Positions 19,314-29,430 of a stretch of 64,000 nt of DNA are shown in pieces. Under the pieces are notes generated by a model, which was not told where the DNA came from, ran no database searches, and was given only the letters and a program-made list of their open reading frames with translations. This stretch comes from a bacterium (GTDB lineage: Bacteria > UBA8248), in assembly GCA_965199855.1 (NCBI GenBank), contig OZ241326.1:1536001-1600000 (forward strand). The letters are read 5' to 3'. The stretch's first letter is position 1, and the number at the start of each line of letters is the position of its first letter. Position numbers and translations under genes: made by a program.

Positions 19314-21296
19314 CTAGTTTCCCGCTCTTGGGACTCCCCCGCCTTCGAGCGCCTCGTGCGGCGCGACCATCCCGATGCGGCGGATTCTTCCGCCCTGCGC
19401 CGAGAGCGCGAACAGCTCGCGCCGCGCGTCGCCCTCCGCGCCCATGTCCGTCCGCCCCGCTGCGCCCTCGAAGCCCCGGAGGGCGGCGAGATATTCGCGG
19501 ACCTGCTCCCTCGTTCGCGCCCCCTCCGCGATCGCCGAGAAGATGATGCGCGCCGCGTCGTGCCCGAGGGCGGAGAAGAGGTCGGGCTTTCTCCCGAACC
19601 GGCTTTCGTATTCGCCCGCGAAGCGCGCGACTTCCGGCTCTTCCGCGCCGGCGAAGAACCCGGCGACGAATACGGCGCCTTCCACGTAGCGCTCCCCGCG
19701 CTCGAGGAGGCGGGGGCTGTTCCAGCCGCCGCCGCCCAGAAGCCGGACGCCGCGCATGTTGTAGAAGGGCAGCTGCGGCGCGATGAGAACCGCCTTGTCG
19801 TGGCGAACGGGGAGGAAGAGCGCCTCGAAGTCCAGCTCGACCTCGAGCGGGTCCGACTTCCCCGGGCCGGGCGCGAGCTTTCTCCTCGCCAGCTGCCTGT
19901 CGTCCATGCCGCCCAGGGCGCGCATCTGCGCCCCGAAGTCGATCGCGTTCGCGGGAAACGAGACGATTCTGACGACCTCGCCCCCCAGGCTCCCCGCCGC
20001 CCGCGCGAAGGCGTCCGTCAGCTCCCTGCCGTCCCTGTCGTCGGGATGGAGAACGGCGAAGCGCCTCAGCCCCAGACCCCGGACGGCGTAGGCGGCGGCG
20101 CCCCTGCCCTGCATCCGGTTCGTGAGCGAGTTCCGAAACACCCAGGCGAACTCCGGGTTCATGCGCATTCGCGCCGCGAACGGCGTGAGGAGCGGCGTCT
20201 CAAGGCGGTTCGCGACTCGGGCGGCGGATTCCGCCGCCTCGGTCAGGAGCGGGCCGATGAGGGCGACGACCTTTTCCTTCTCGATCAATTCGGCCGCGAG
20301 CCGCGCCGCCTCGCCCGCGGAGCGCGCCGCGCTTCTCGTGTCCCGCACCGCGAGCTGAATCCGCAGGCCGGGGCGCCTCGCCAGGCTGCGCCGGAGCGCC
20401 AGCCGGATGCCCCGATAGACGCGCTCGCCCGCCGAGGCGGCTGCGCCCGATAGCGGCAGCAGGATGCCCACGCGCGCGGAAGGCGGGGGCGCGGGCGCTT
20501 TCGCCCGCTCGGGGGGAGCGGCGCGCGCGGCGCCGGCGGGCTTCGCCCGCCTGGTTCTTTCCGCCAGCGCCGCTCTCAGATACGGCTCGACCGGCGAGTT
20601 CGCGAGACGCCCGACCGCCCGCAGAAGCCGGCGCGGACGGATTTTTTTCGCCAGCGCCCCGACGCGCCGGATGAGCAGGTCTTTCCGGTGGATTTCCGGG
20701 TCGCTCCCGACGGCGCGCCCGTAGGCGAGCAGGGCGGAGAAGGCGTCTCCGCGCTTTTCATAAACCTCGCCCAGAGCGGCTTCGAGCAGGGCGCGCCTTT
20801 TCGGGTCGGTTTCGCGGCGCAGGCTGCCTCTCAGCGGAATGCGCGCCCGCTCGTGCCGGCCGGCGGCCTGGAGCGTCAATCCCAGGTAAAACGCGCTTTC
20901 GGGATACAGGGGCGAGAGGGGGAATCGCTCCTGAAGCCGCTCCAGGCTTGCGGCGGCCGCCCCCAGGTCTCCGCGCCCGAGCTCGCGCTTCGCCATATCC
21001 AGCAGCGCCTGATCCGCTCCGGGAGCGTCCGGCCGCTTCTCCACCCTCTCTTTCAGCGCGGCCAGCGGCGTCTTGGGCTGCGCCGGGACGGGCGCGGACC
21101 ACCTTCCGGGCTCCGCGGCGAGCGCTTTCCGGGGAGCGTCCCCGGCCGTTCGCGCGAGCTTTTCCGGCGTCCTCGCGCCTTCGGCCTTCGGCGCGGGAGC
21201 GGATGGCGTCTTTCGGGCGGGCGGGGCGGCGCAGCCCGAGAGGAGCGCGGCGGCGAGAGAGGCGCTCCATGCGAGTTTCAGGATGAGGGTCGGCAT
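19314..21296 (-). CDS. LpoA/LppC-like outer-membrane lipoprotein (TPR + periplasmic binding fold; penicillin-binding protein activator)
   Basis: Lipobox LLSGC, BamD/CpoB-like TPR (ERFPLSP..A.FYLG), RVGILLPLSG, ALIGPLL, LIAPQLPFY, ALGHDA. Confidence 0.8.
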   Translation of the reverse strand: MPTLILKLAWSASLAAALLSGCAAPPARKTPSAPAPKAEGARTPEKLARTAGDAPRKALAAEPGRWSAPVPAQPKTPLAALKERVEKRPDAPGADQALLDMAKRELGRGDLGAAAASLERLQERFPLSPLYPESAFYLGLTLQAAGRHERARIPLRGSLRRETDPKRRALLEAALGEVYEKRGDAFSALLAYGRAVGSDPEIHRKDLLIRRVGALAKKIRPRRLLRAVGRLANSPVEPYLRAALAERTRRAKPAGAARAAPPERAKAPAPPPSARVGILLPLSGAAASAGERVYRGIRLALRRSLARRPGLRIQLAVRDTRSAARSAGEAARLAAELIEKEKVVALIGPLLTEAAESAARVANRLETPLLTPFAARMRMNPEFAWVFRNSLTNRMQGRGAAAYAVRGLGLRRFAVLHPDDRDGRELTDAFARAAGSLGGEVVRIVSFPANAIDFGAQMRALGGMDDRQLARRKLAPGPGKSDPLEVELDFEALFLPVRHDKAVLIAPQLPFYNMRGVRLLGGGGWNSPRLLERGERYVEGAVFVAGFFAGAEEPEVARFAGEYESRFGRKPDLFSALGHDAARIIFSAIAEGARTREQVREYLAALRGFEGAAGRTDMGAEGDARRELFALSAQGGRIRRIGMVAPHEALEGGGVPRAGN

Positions 21297-21332
21297 TTTC
21301 GTCACGTCTCGCGGGTGAGAGCGTCTGGCGGG

Positions 21333-21361
21333 AGGGTAAGAGCCGCGCGGCGGAGTGTCAA
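21333..21361 (-). promoter_or_regulatory. sigma70-like promoter for the LpoA-like gene
   Basis: Minus strand TTGACA-17 bp-TACCCT. Confidence 0.55.
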
Positions 21362-21560
21362 GGCGCGTGAATCGGGCGGGCGGGAGTAGAATTTTCCCGG
21401 ACGGGTGATATTCTGTCCTCGCCCGCCGCTTGAGGACGCGCGGGCGTCCGTGGCGCCGGGGGGCGCTGTCGGGGATTCGCGCGTATGAGAATGCCGGTTC
21501 CCGACCGCGCCCCGGAGCCGATTCGTTTGCTCACCGCCCTTCTTCTGACAGAGGGCCATC

Positions 21561-22616
21561 GTGCCTGGCGATTCGACGTATCCTTTGGCCATCGACATCG
21601 GGAGCTCCGCCGTCAAGCTCGTCCAGCTCGGCAGGGAGGGGGGGCGTCTTTTTCTCTCCCGCCTGGGGGCGGCTTCCCTGCCTCCGGGCGCCGCGCGAGG
21701 CGGCTTCGCGCGGAACGCCGGCGAAGTCATGCGGGTGGTGGAGGAGTTGATCTCCGCGGAGGGGGCGGAGGACAAAAAGGTCGTCGTGGCGCTGTCCGGC
21801 GCTGCGGCGATTCTGAGGCCGGCGCTTCTGCCCTCGGAGGAGGATTTCCCCGTCGCCGACGCCCTGGAGGCCGAAGCCGCGCAGACGCTGCCCGTCCCCC
21901 TGGATGAGGTGCGCCTGTCCCATCTGCGAATCGGGCGCCTGGAAAGACCGGGCGGGAGCATGGATGAGTATCTGATGATCGCCGCAAGGCGAAGACCGCT
22001 CGAGGCGCTGCTCGATGCGCTCAGGGACGCGGACTGTGAGCCGGTGATAGTGGACGTGAACTTTCTGGCGATGGAGAGCGCTTTCGAGCTCTCGGGCATG
22101 CGCCGGGAGGGAGAGACCGTCGCCCTGGCGGACGTCGGCGCGTCCTCGACCCTGGTGAACGTGGGGCGCGACGCGCATACCTTGATGGCGCGCGCCATTC
22201 CCTCCGGCGGAGCGGGGCTGACGAAATCGCTGGCGAATCGCCTGGGCGTTTCCGAGGAAGAGGCGGAAGCCGTCAAGAGGGGGGAGGCTTCTCCCCCGGA
22301 TCCGCAGGCCGCGGCCGACGTCATCCGGGAGGAGGTGGAGAATCTGGCTCTCGAGCTGGAGCGAACCTTCCGGCTGATGTGGCGGCCGTCCTCCGGGCAA
22401 TACGTGGATCGGGTGGTTTTGTCCGGCGGCGGCGCCTTGCTGGAGGGTCTGCCGGCGCGTCTGGCGGAGGCGCTCGATTTGCCCGTGGAAGTCATCGAGC
22501 CGTTTCGCCGCGTCGAGACGGCCGGCGAGCGGGTCGAGCCGCGCCTTGCGGAGTCGCTCTCGCCCCTCGCCGCCATCGGCGCGGGCCTGGCGTATCGCGC
22601 GGCGGAATCCGCATGA
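21561..22616 (+). CDS. pilM: type IV pilus assembly protein PilM (actin-like)
   Basis: AIDIGSSAVKLVQL, EAEAAQTLPVPLDEV, DVGASST, VLSGGGALL.GL, IEPF, AIGAGLA. Confidence 0.85.
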   Translation: MPGDSTYPLAIDIGSSAVKLVQLGREGGRLFLSRLGAASLPPGAARGGFARNAGEVMRVVEELISAEGAEDKKVVVALSGAAAILRPALLPSEEDFPVADALEAEAAQTLPVPLDEVRLSHLRIGRLERPGGSMDEYLMIAARRRPLEALLDALRDADCEPVIVDVNFLAMESAFELSGMRREGETVALADVGASSTLVNVGRDAHTLMARAIPSGGAGLTKSLANRLGVSEEEAEAVKRGEASPPDPQAAADVIREEVENLALELERTFRLMWRPSSGQYVDRVVLSGGGALLEGLPARLAEALDLPVEVIEPFRRVETAGERVEPRLAESLSPLAAIGAGLAYRAAESA

Positions 22617-23698
22617 AGAGCGTCAGGGTTCGCTTGGGGGATCGATCCTACGCGATTCGCATCGGGGCGGGCGCTCTCGATGATATCGGCGAAATCTCCC
22701 GCCGTCATTTCAAGGGCGAAAGGGCGCTCGTCGTCACGGACGGCAACGTTGCGCCGCTCTACGCCGACAAAACCCTGGGCGCGCTCGAACGCGCGGGCGT
22801 CGGGGCGTCCCTGCTGAGGATTCCGGCGGGGGAGAGAAGCAAATCGCTCCGGCAGCTGTCGAGAATCCTGGACAGGATGGCCTCCCTGAAGCTGGGCAGG
22901 GACTGCGGCGTCGTCGCCCTGGGCGGCGGCGTGGTGGGCGATGTCGCCGGGTTCGCGTCGGCCGTTTTCCTGAGGGGCGTTCCTTGTGTTCAGGCGCCGA
23001 CGACCCTTCTGGCCCAGGTGGACAGCGCGGTGGGCGGCAAGACGGCGATTGATCACGCGCTCGGCAAAAACCTCGTGGGCGCGTTCCATCAGCCCGCAGC
23101 CGTGGTGAGCGATATTTCCGCGCTGGCGACCTTGCCGGAGCGCGAATTCAGGGCGGGGCTGGCCGAGGCGGTGAAGCACGCGGCTATCGCGGACGGGCGT
23201 CTTTTCGCCTTTTTCGAGAAGAGCGCGGAGCGGGTTCTCGACCGGGACCCGGACGTGATGGCAAGGGTCGTCGCCTCGAACTGCCGCATCAAGGCCAGGG
23301 TGGTCGAGCGGGACGAGCGCGAGACCGGGCTGCGGCAGATTCTGAACTACGGCCACACGCTCGGACACGCGATCGAGGCGCTGGCGGGCTATTCCTCCCG
23401 ACTGCTTCACGGGGAAGCCGTCGCCATCGGCATGGCCGCGGCTGGCCGGATATCCCGCGAAATGGGGTTTTGCGCGCCGGGGGAGGCGGAGAGGCTGGCA
23501 GCCCTGCTGGAGCGTTTCGGGCTGCCCGCGCGGATGAAGGAGCCGCCGAAGCTATCGGTCTTGAAGAAGCTGCTCGCCGGCGACAAGAAAACGCGCCGGG
23601 GGAGTCCGCGCTTCGTCCTGATGCGGAAAATCGGCGAGGCGGCGCCCGGCGCCGAAGTCCCGCCCCGCCTGTGGCGCGGCGCTCTCGCCGGCTCCTGA
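22613..23698 (+). CDS. aroB: 3-dehydroquinate synthase
   Basis: GERSKS, LGGGVVGDVAGF, PTTLLAQVDSAVGGKT, KNLVGAFHQP, LNYGHTLGHAIE, HGEAVAIGM. Confidence 0.97.
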   Translation: MKSVRVRLGDRSYAIRIGAGALDDIGEISRRHFKGERALVVTDGNVAPLYADKTLGALERAGVGASLLRIPAGERSKSLRQLSRILDRMASLKLGRDCGVVALGGGVVGDVAGFASAVFLRGVPCVQAPTTLLAQVDSAVGGKTAIDHALGKNLVGAFHQPAAVVSDISALATLPEREFRAGLAEAVKHAAIADGRLFAFFEKSAERVLDRDPDVMARVVASNCRIKARVVERDERETGLRQILNYGHTLGHAIEALAGYSSRLLHGEAVAIGMAAAGRISREMGFCAPGEAERLAALLERFGLPARMKEPPKLSVLKKLLAGDKKTRRGSPRFVLMRKIGEAAPGAEVPPRLWRGALAGS

Positions 23699-23729
23699 CG
23701 CGCCGGACGGCTCCTCCTCCCCGGGTTCG

Positions 23730-23758
23730 TTGACGCCCCCGCCGGCGTTTTCTACCAT
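23730..23758 (+). promoter_or_regulatory. sigma70-like promoter for aroQ-pepP-efp
   Basis: TTGACG-17 bp-TACCAT. Confidence 0.6.
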
Positions 23759-23812
23759 GCCGCACCGGAGCCTGGGCGGAGGCGCCGCGAGCCACTCTTT
23801 TCGAGCGAACCC

Positions 23813-24307
23813 GTGAGAATACTTCTTCTGAACGGCCCGAATCTCAACCTGCTGGGAAAGCGCGAGCCCGAGGTGTATGGCGAGACCACGCTGGCCGAAC
23901 TCGAGGCGGCGCTCACCCGAATGGCGGAGGGGGAGGGCGTGGAGCTGGAGTGCTTTCAGTCCAACGTCGAGGGGGAGCTCATCGACGCCCTCCAGCGCGC
24001 GGGAGGCGCCAGGCCGCCTCGATCGGGGGCGGCGCCCTCCGGGGAATGCGCGGCCTGCGTTTTCAATCCGGGAGGCTATACCCACACCAGCGTCGCGCTC
24101 AGGGACGCCGTAGGCGGGCTGGACGTGCCCGTCTATGAAGTGCACATCTCCAACGTCCTGAAGCGCGAGGACTTCAGGCATCGCTCGATGATTGGCCCGG
24201 TGGCGGCGGGAACCATCATCGGATACGGACTCGAAGGCTACGCCCTGGCTTTGCGGGCGGCGATAGATCGCCACGTCAAGGCGCTGAAATTCCCGCCGGA
24301 GGCGTGA
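23813..24307 (+). CDS. aroQ: type II 3-dehydroquinate dehydratase
   Basis: LNGPNLNLLGKREPEVYG, QSNVEG, NPGGYTHTSVALRDA, EVHISN..RE.FR. Confidence 0.96.
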   Translation: MRILLLNGPNLNLLGKREPEVYGETTLAELEAALTRMAEGEGVELECFQSNVEGELIDALQRAGGARPPRSGAAPSGECAACVFNPGGYTHTSVALRDAVGGLDVPVYEVHISNVLKREDFRHRSMIGPVAAGTIIGYGLEGYALALRAAIDRHVKALKFPPEA

Positions 24308-25377
24308 TGAAGCAGCGACTGGGCGCCTTGCGGAAGGCGATGCGGCGGCGCGGCCTGCGCGCCCTCGCCGTGACGGACATGAAGAACGTCCGCTATCTGA
24401 CCGGATTCACCGGTTCGGCGGGCGCCTGTCTGGTCTCCATGGGAAGCGCCGTTTTCATCACGGATTTCAGATACCGCTCACAGGCGGCGAAAGAGGTGTC
24501 GCCCGATTACCGCCGCGCCGAGCATTCATCCCCCATCGAGGGGATCGCGCGGGAGGTTGGGAGAACCAGGGCGGACGCGCTCGCCTTCGAGGAGGCGAGC
24601 CTCACCCACGCCGCTTTCAGGCGACTCAGGAAACTCGCCGGGGGCGTGCGCCTGAAGCCCTCCTCGGGCCTTGTGGAGAGCTTGAGGCGCCGCAAGGATT
24701 CGGGCGAAATTCAGAAATTGAGGCGTGGCGCAAGGCTCAACGCCGAGGCGTTGGACGAGACCCTGAGCGCGATTCGCCCGGGGCGGGCGGAATCGGAGGT
24801 CGCCCTCGATCTCGAGGCCGCGATGAGGAGGCGGGGAGCCTCCGGCGCCGCTTTCGAGACCATCGTCGCCTCCGGTCCGCGCTCGGCGCTTCCGCACGGC
24901 GTCGCCTCGTCGAAGAAACTCAGAAAGGGAGACCTCGTCACCATCGATTTCGGCGCCGTGGCGTCGGGCTACCACGCGGATACGACGCGCGTGTTCTCCC
25001 TCGGCAGGCCTTCGCCCAGGGGCGAGAAGATTCACCGCGTCGTCCTGGAGGCCCAGATGGCGGCGCTCGAGGCCGTGAAGCCGGGCGCGCGCTGCGGGGA
25101 TGTCGATAAGGCCGCCCGCGGCGTCATCAAAAAACACGGCTATGGCGACGCCTTCGGGCATGGAACCGGACACGGGCTGGGACTGGACATCCATGAGGCT
25201 CCCAGGCTGGGCCCGGGGGTGAAGGAGGAGCTGCAGCCGGGCATGGTCGTTACGGTGGAGCCCGGCGTCTATCTCCCCCGCTGGGGCGGCGTCAGAATCG
25301 AGGACATGGTTCTCGTCACCGAACGGGGGAGACAGGTGCTCACCCGTTCGATAACGAAGGAATTGGTCGTTTTATAG
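24307..25377 (+). CDS. Xaa-Pro aminopeptidase (M24B)
   Basis: [56 protein letters not shown]. Confidence 0.93.
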   Translation: MKQRLGALRKAMRRRGLRALAVTDMKNVRYLTGFTGSAGACLVSMGSAVFITDFRYRSQAAKEVSPDYRRAEHSSPIEGIAREVGRTRADALAFEEASLTHAAFRRLRKLAGGVRLKPSSGLVESLRRRKDSGEIQKLRRGARLNAEALDETLSAIRPGRAESEVALDLEAAMRRRGASGAAFETIVASGPRSALPHGVASSKKLRKGDLVTIDFGAVASGYHADTTRVFSLGRPSPRGEKIHRVVLEAQMAALEAVKPGARCGDVDKAARGVIKKHGYGDAFGHGTGHGLGLDIHEAPRLGPGVKEELQPGMVVTVEPGVYLPRWGGVRIEDMVLVTERGRQVLTRSITKELVVL

Positions 25378-25411
25378 CGGTTTCGCCTTTCCGCAGGAGG
25401 TTTTTGCTTCC

Positions 25412-25978
25412 ATGCCGTCGACGAGCGACTTTCGCAACGGACTGAAAATCGAACTGGAGAACGAGCCTTTCGCTATCGTGGAGTTCCAGCACGTGAAGCC
25501 GGGCAAGGGCGGCGCCTTCGTGCGCACGAAGCTCAAGAACCTGAAAACGGGCCGCGTCCTGGAGAAGACGTTTCGCTCGGGCGAGTCCGTCGGGGATCCG
25601 CGGATCGAACAAAAGCAGATGCAGTATCTCTACCGGGACGGCGGCGTTTTTTACTTCATGGACACGGGAACGTATGATCAGACGGGGCTGGACGCGGAGA
25701 AGCTCGGCGACAGCGTTAAATTCCTGCGCGAGGAGACGGTCGTCGATATTCTCTTCTACAAGGGCGACGCGATTTCCATCGAGATGCCCACGTTCGTGGA
25801 GCTGGCGATAAGGAAGACGGAGCCGGGCCTGCGGGGCGACACTGCGACGGGCGCGACCAAGCAGGCGGAGCTGGAGACGGGCGCCGCCGTCGCCGTGCCC
25901 TTGTTTCTGAACGAGGGAGACGTCCTGAAAATCGACACGAGGACAGGGGAATACATCGAGCGCGTGAGGACGGCGTAG
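25412..25978 (+). CDS. efp: elongation factor P
   Basis: HVKPGKGGAFVRTKLK, PGLRGDT, VPLFLNEG..KIDTR.GEY. Confidence 0.97.
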   Translation: MPSTSDFRNGLKIELENEPFAIVEFQHVKPGKGGAFVRTKLKNLKTGRVLEKTFRSGESVGDPRIEQKQMQYLYRDGGVFYFMDTGTYDQTGLDAEKLGDSVKFLREETVVDILFYKGDAISIEMPTFVELAIRKTEPGLRGDTATGATKQAELETGAAVAVPLFLNEGDVLKIDTRTGEYIERVRTA

Positions 25979-26005
25979 CGGCGCGCCTCCCCGCGTAGTG
26001 AAATC

Positions 26006-26034
26006 TTGCGATGCGCCTTCGCATGTTGTAAAAA
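26006..26034 (+). promoter_or_regulatory. sigma70-like promoter for the liv operon
   Basis: TTGCGA-17 bp-TAAAAA. Confidence 0.4.
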
Positions 26035-26130
26035 CGCTGTGCCGCAGAGGATGAGGCTGCGCTTTGACGATGCGGGCCATCGCTCTGCGTCGGGTTTTCA
26101 AATCGCCTGAAAGAGAGAAGGAGGTTCAAG

Positions 26131-27258
26131 ATGTTCAGGAAAATGTCGTGTTTTTTCGCCATTTTCGCGGCCGCCGCGTTTCTGGCTTCCGCCTCGCAGG
26201 CCGCATCGACGATCAAGATCGGGGTGGCCGGTCCGCTCACGGGCGATCAGGCGGCGTTCGGCGAGATGCTGAGGTTCGGCGCGACGCTCGCCGTCGAGGA
26301 GTGGAACGCCAAGGGCGGCGTGAGCCTCGGCGGCAAGAAGATGAAGGTGGACATTCTCTGGGGCGATGATCGCCACGATCCCAAGGAGGGGGTGGCGATC
26401 GCGCACAGGTTCGTGAACTCGGGCGTCGCCGGCGTCGTCGGCCACTTCAACAGCTCGGTCTCCATTCCGACGTCCACCGTGTATGCGGAGGCGGACGTCG
26501 TCCAGATCACGCCCGCGTCCACGAACCCGAAGCTCACGGAGCAGGGCTTCGGGACGGTGTTCCGCGTCTGCGGGCGCGACGATCAGCAGGGGGAGGTGGC
26601 GGCGGACTTTGTCGTGAACGCGCTGAAGGCCAGGCGCGTGGCCATTCTTCACGACAAAACGACGTATGGCCAGGGACTGGCTGACGAAACGAAGCGGTTT
26701 CTCGAGAAAAAAGGCGTCAAGCCCGTTTTCTACAGCGGGGTCGTGCAGGGCGACAAGGACTATACGCCGGTGCTCACGGCCGCGAAGCAGAAGAATCCGG
26801 AGGTGGTCTATTTCGGGGGCATCCACCCCGAGGCCATTCTGCTGGTGAAGCAGATGCGCGAGCGCCTCGGCATGAAGGCGGCCTTCATGAGCGGAGACGG
26901 CATCGTCACGCCGGAGTATTACAAGATTGCCGGCAAGGCCGCCGAGGGCACCTATCTTACCTTTACGCCGGATCAGAAAAAAATCCCGGCGGCGCAGGCG
27001 ATGATCAAGAATCACCGCAAGCGCTTCGGCAAGGACGTGGGCGCCTACACCATCTACAGCTACGTGGCCGCGAACATGATACTGGCCTCCATTCAGGCCA
27101 CGGGCAGCGCGAAGGGCTCCGGGATCGCCGCCCACATTCGCGGCAGGGCCTGGGAGACGGCGCTGGGGAAGATGCAGTTCGACAAGAAGGGCGACGTGCT
27201 GGAAAGCCCTTACGTGCTCTGGCGGGTGAAAGGCGGAAAATTCGTGGAATTGAACTAG
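26131..27258 (+). CDS. livK: branched-chain amino acid ABC transporter substrate-binding protein
   Basis: Signal peptide, IKIGVAGPLTG, VVGHFNSSVSIP, FRVCGRDDQQG, HDKTTYGQGLA. Confidence 0.92.
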   Translation: MFRKMSCFFAIFAAAAFLASASQAASTIKIGVAGPLTGDQAAFGEMLRFGATLAVEEWNAKGGVSLGGKKMKVDILWGDDRHDPKEGVAIAHRFVNSGVAGVVGHFNSSVSIPTSTVYAEADVVQITPASTNPKLTEQGFGTVFRVCGRDDQQGEVAADFVVNALKARRVAILHDKTTYGQGLADETKRFLEKKGVKPVFYSGVVQGDKDYTPVLTAAKQKNPEVVYFGGIHPEAILLVKQMRERLGMKAAFMSGDGIVTPEYYKIAGKAAEGTYLTFTPDQKKIPAAQAMIKNHRKRFGKDVGAYTIYSYVAANMILASIQATGSAKGSGIAAHIRGRAWETALGKMQFDKKGDVLESPYVLWRVKGGKFVELN

Positions 27259-27283
27259 CGAAGCGTCATCATGATGCATGTCG

Positions 27284-27315
27284 GAAAGGGAGGCGAGAGC
27301 CTCCCTTTCTTTTTT
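27284..27315 (+). terminator. intra-operon Rho-independent terminator/stabilising hairpin after livK
   Basis: GAAAGGGAGGC-GAGA-GCCTCCCTTTC followed by a T-run. Confidence 0.75.
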
Positions 27316-27343
27316 CGCCCCGCAATGATGTGAAGATTTCGCC

Positions 27344-28243
27344 ATGTTCGCGCAGCAGCTGGTGAATGGTCTCGTCGTGGGCGCCGTATACGCCCTCATC
27401 GCCCTGGGCTATACGCTTGTCTATGGAATCCTGAAGCTGATCAATTTCGCCCATGGCGAAATCTATATGATAGGCGCATACGTGGGCATCGCCGTCCTGG
27501 CGGTGCTGGGGAGTATGGGCCTCACGCAGACGAGCCTTGCGCTGAGCGTTCTTCTCGTTTTCCTCATCCCGATGATTTACTGCGCCGCCTATGGGGTCAC
27601 CCTGGAGCGCGTAGCGTATCGTCCGCTGCGCGGCGCGCCGAGGCTCTCCCCGCTCATCAGCGCGATCGGCATGAGCCTCTTTCTGCAGAACTACGTGCAG
27701 GTCGTCCAGGGGGCGCGCGACAAGGCGTTTCCGGAGCTGCTGTCGCTGGGGAGCTTCCAGCTCTTCGGCGCTCACGTGAACGGCCTTCAGATTTTCATCC
27801 TGCTTCTCTCCCTCGGCCTGATGGCGGCGCTCCAGCTGTTCATCAGGAAGACGAAGCTGGGCAAGGCCATGCGCGCCACGGCCCAGGACAGGACGATGGC
27901 CTCGCTCGTCGGCGTGAACGTGGACAGGGTGATTGCGGCGACCTTCGCCATCGGCTCCGTTCTGGCCGCCGTGGCCGGCGTGATGGTGGGGATGTACTAC
28001 GGGCTGGTGAATCACCACATCGGCTTCGTGGCGGGGCTGAAGGCGTTCACCGCCGCCGTTCTGGGAGGCATCGGCAGCGTGACGGGCGCGGTCCTGGGCG
28101 GCTTTCTGCTGGCGCTTCTCGAGAGCTTCTGGGCGGGCTACGTGTCCGCGGTCTATAAGGACGTCTTCGCGTTCATGATCCTGGTCGTCGTTCTCATTTT
28201 CCGCCCCGAGGGCATTCTGGGCGGCTCGGGAGAGTCGGACTGA
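27344..28243 (+). CDS. livH: BCAA ABC transporter permease
   Basis: QQLVNGL..GAVYALIALGYTLVYG...INFAHG, GLKAFTAAVLGGIGS. Confidence 0.95.
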   Translation: MFAQQLVNGLVVGAVYALIALGYTLVYGILKLINFAHGEIYMIGAYVGIAVLAVLGSMGLTQTSLALSVLLVFLIPMIYCAAYGVTLERVAYRPLRGAPRLSPLISAIGMSLFLQNYVQVVQGARDKAFPELLSLGSFQLFGAHVNGLQIFILLLSLGLMAALQLFIRKTKLGKAMRATAQDRTMASLVGVNVDRVIAATFAIGSVLAAVAGVMVGMYYGLVNHHIGFVAGLKAFTAAVLGGIGSVTGAVLGGFLLALLESFWAGYVSAVYKDVFAFMILVVVLIFRPEGILGGSGESD

Positions 28244-28245
28244 GC

Positions 28246-29430
28246 ATGAGCGCATACGCCAGAGTTCCCCTGATCGGCCTGTGGTTCGCCTTTTTGGCGC
28301 TGCCTCTTGCGGGCTGGCGAAACAGCCTCTGGATAGGCCTGGGCTGCGCCGCCCTCGTCCTGCTGGCGGGGCTGGCGCGGGCGGGGGCGGCGTCCGGCCC
28401 GCTGGCGGGCCCCGCCCGGCGCGCCGGGGAGAAGCTCTCATCGGCCTGGGATTTCGTCGGGGAGAAGTCTCTCGACAAGCGGTATTGGGGCGCTTTCCTG
28501 CTGGCTTTGACGGCGCTTCCCTGGGTTCTGGACCGCTACTCCACCGACGTGCTCGTCCTCACGGGCATCTACGTCATGCTCGCCCTGGGGCTCAACGTGG
28601 TGGTCGGCTTCGCCGGTCTGCTGGATTTGGGCTACGTGGCCTTCTACGCCGTGGGCGCCTATTCCTACGCGCTTCTGAACGCCTGGATCGGGCTTTCCTT
28701 CTGGCTCGCCCTGGGGACGGGCGTCGCATTTTCCGCGCTGTTCGGGATTCTGCTGGGAATTCCCGTTCTGCGCCTCAGGGGCGACTATCTGGCGATAGTC
28801 ACGCTCGGCTTCGGCGAAATCATCCGCCTGGTTCTGAACAACTGGGACAGCGTAACGCAGGGCCCGAACGGCATTCTGGGCATCGACCGCCCCTATCTGG
28901 GCGACATGCGCCTCTACAGGCCCATGCACTTCTTCTATCTCGTTCTCGCGCTGTGCGTCGTCACCATCTTCATCGTGGATCGGCTCGACAAAAGCCGCCT
29001 GGGCCGCGCCTGGGCGGCCATGCGCGAGGACGAGACGGCGGCCGAGTGCATGGGCGTCAACATCATCTACGCGAAGCTCTCCGCTTTCGCCTTCGGGGCG
29101 GCCTGGGCCGGATTCGGCGGCGTCGTTTTCGCCGCCAAGCAGACCTTCATCTCCCCGGAGAGCTTCACCTTCTTTGAATCGGTGATCATCCTGTGCATGG
29201 TGGTGCTGGGCGGCATGGGAAGCGTTCCGGGCGTCATACTCGGCGCGCTGGTTCTCACCGCGCTGCCCGAGGCCCTCAGGGGGTTGACGTTCTTCCGGCC
29301 CATGCTCCTGGGCGGCGCCATGGTGATCATGATGGCGCTCAGACCCCAGGGATTCCTCCAGACTCAAGGCGCCCGCCATTATCGCCGCGCCGGCGATCAG
29401 CCTCGAAGCCGGGCGGGCGGGGGGGAGTGA
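28246..29430 (+). CDS. livM: BCAA ABC transporter permease
   Basis: LGLNVVVGFAGLLDLGYVAFY, LRLRGDYLAIVTLGFGEIIR, GRAWAAMREDE. Confidence 0.95.
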   Translation: MSAYARVPLIGLWFAFLALPLAGWRNSLWIGLGCAALVLLAGLARAGAASGPLAGPARRAGEKLSSAWDFVGEKSLDKRYWGAFLLALTALPWVLDRYSTDVLVLTGIYVMLALGLNVVVGFAGLLDLGYVAFYAVGAYSYALLNAWIGLSFWLALGTGVAFSALFGILLGIPVLRLRGDYLAIVTLGFGEIIRLVLNNWDSVTQGPNGILGIDRPYLGDMRLYRPMHFFYLVLALCVVTIFIVDRLDKSRLGRAWAAMREDETAAECMGVNIIYAKLSAFAFGAAWAGFGGVVFAAKQTFISPESFTFFESVIILCMVVLGGMGSVPGVILGALVLTALPEALRGLTFFRPMLLGGAMVIMMALRPQGFLQTQGARHYRRAGDQPRSRAGGGE

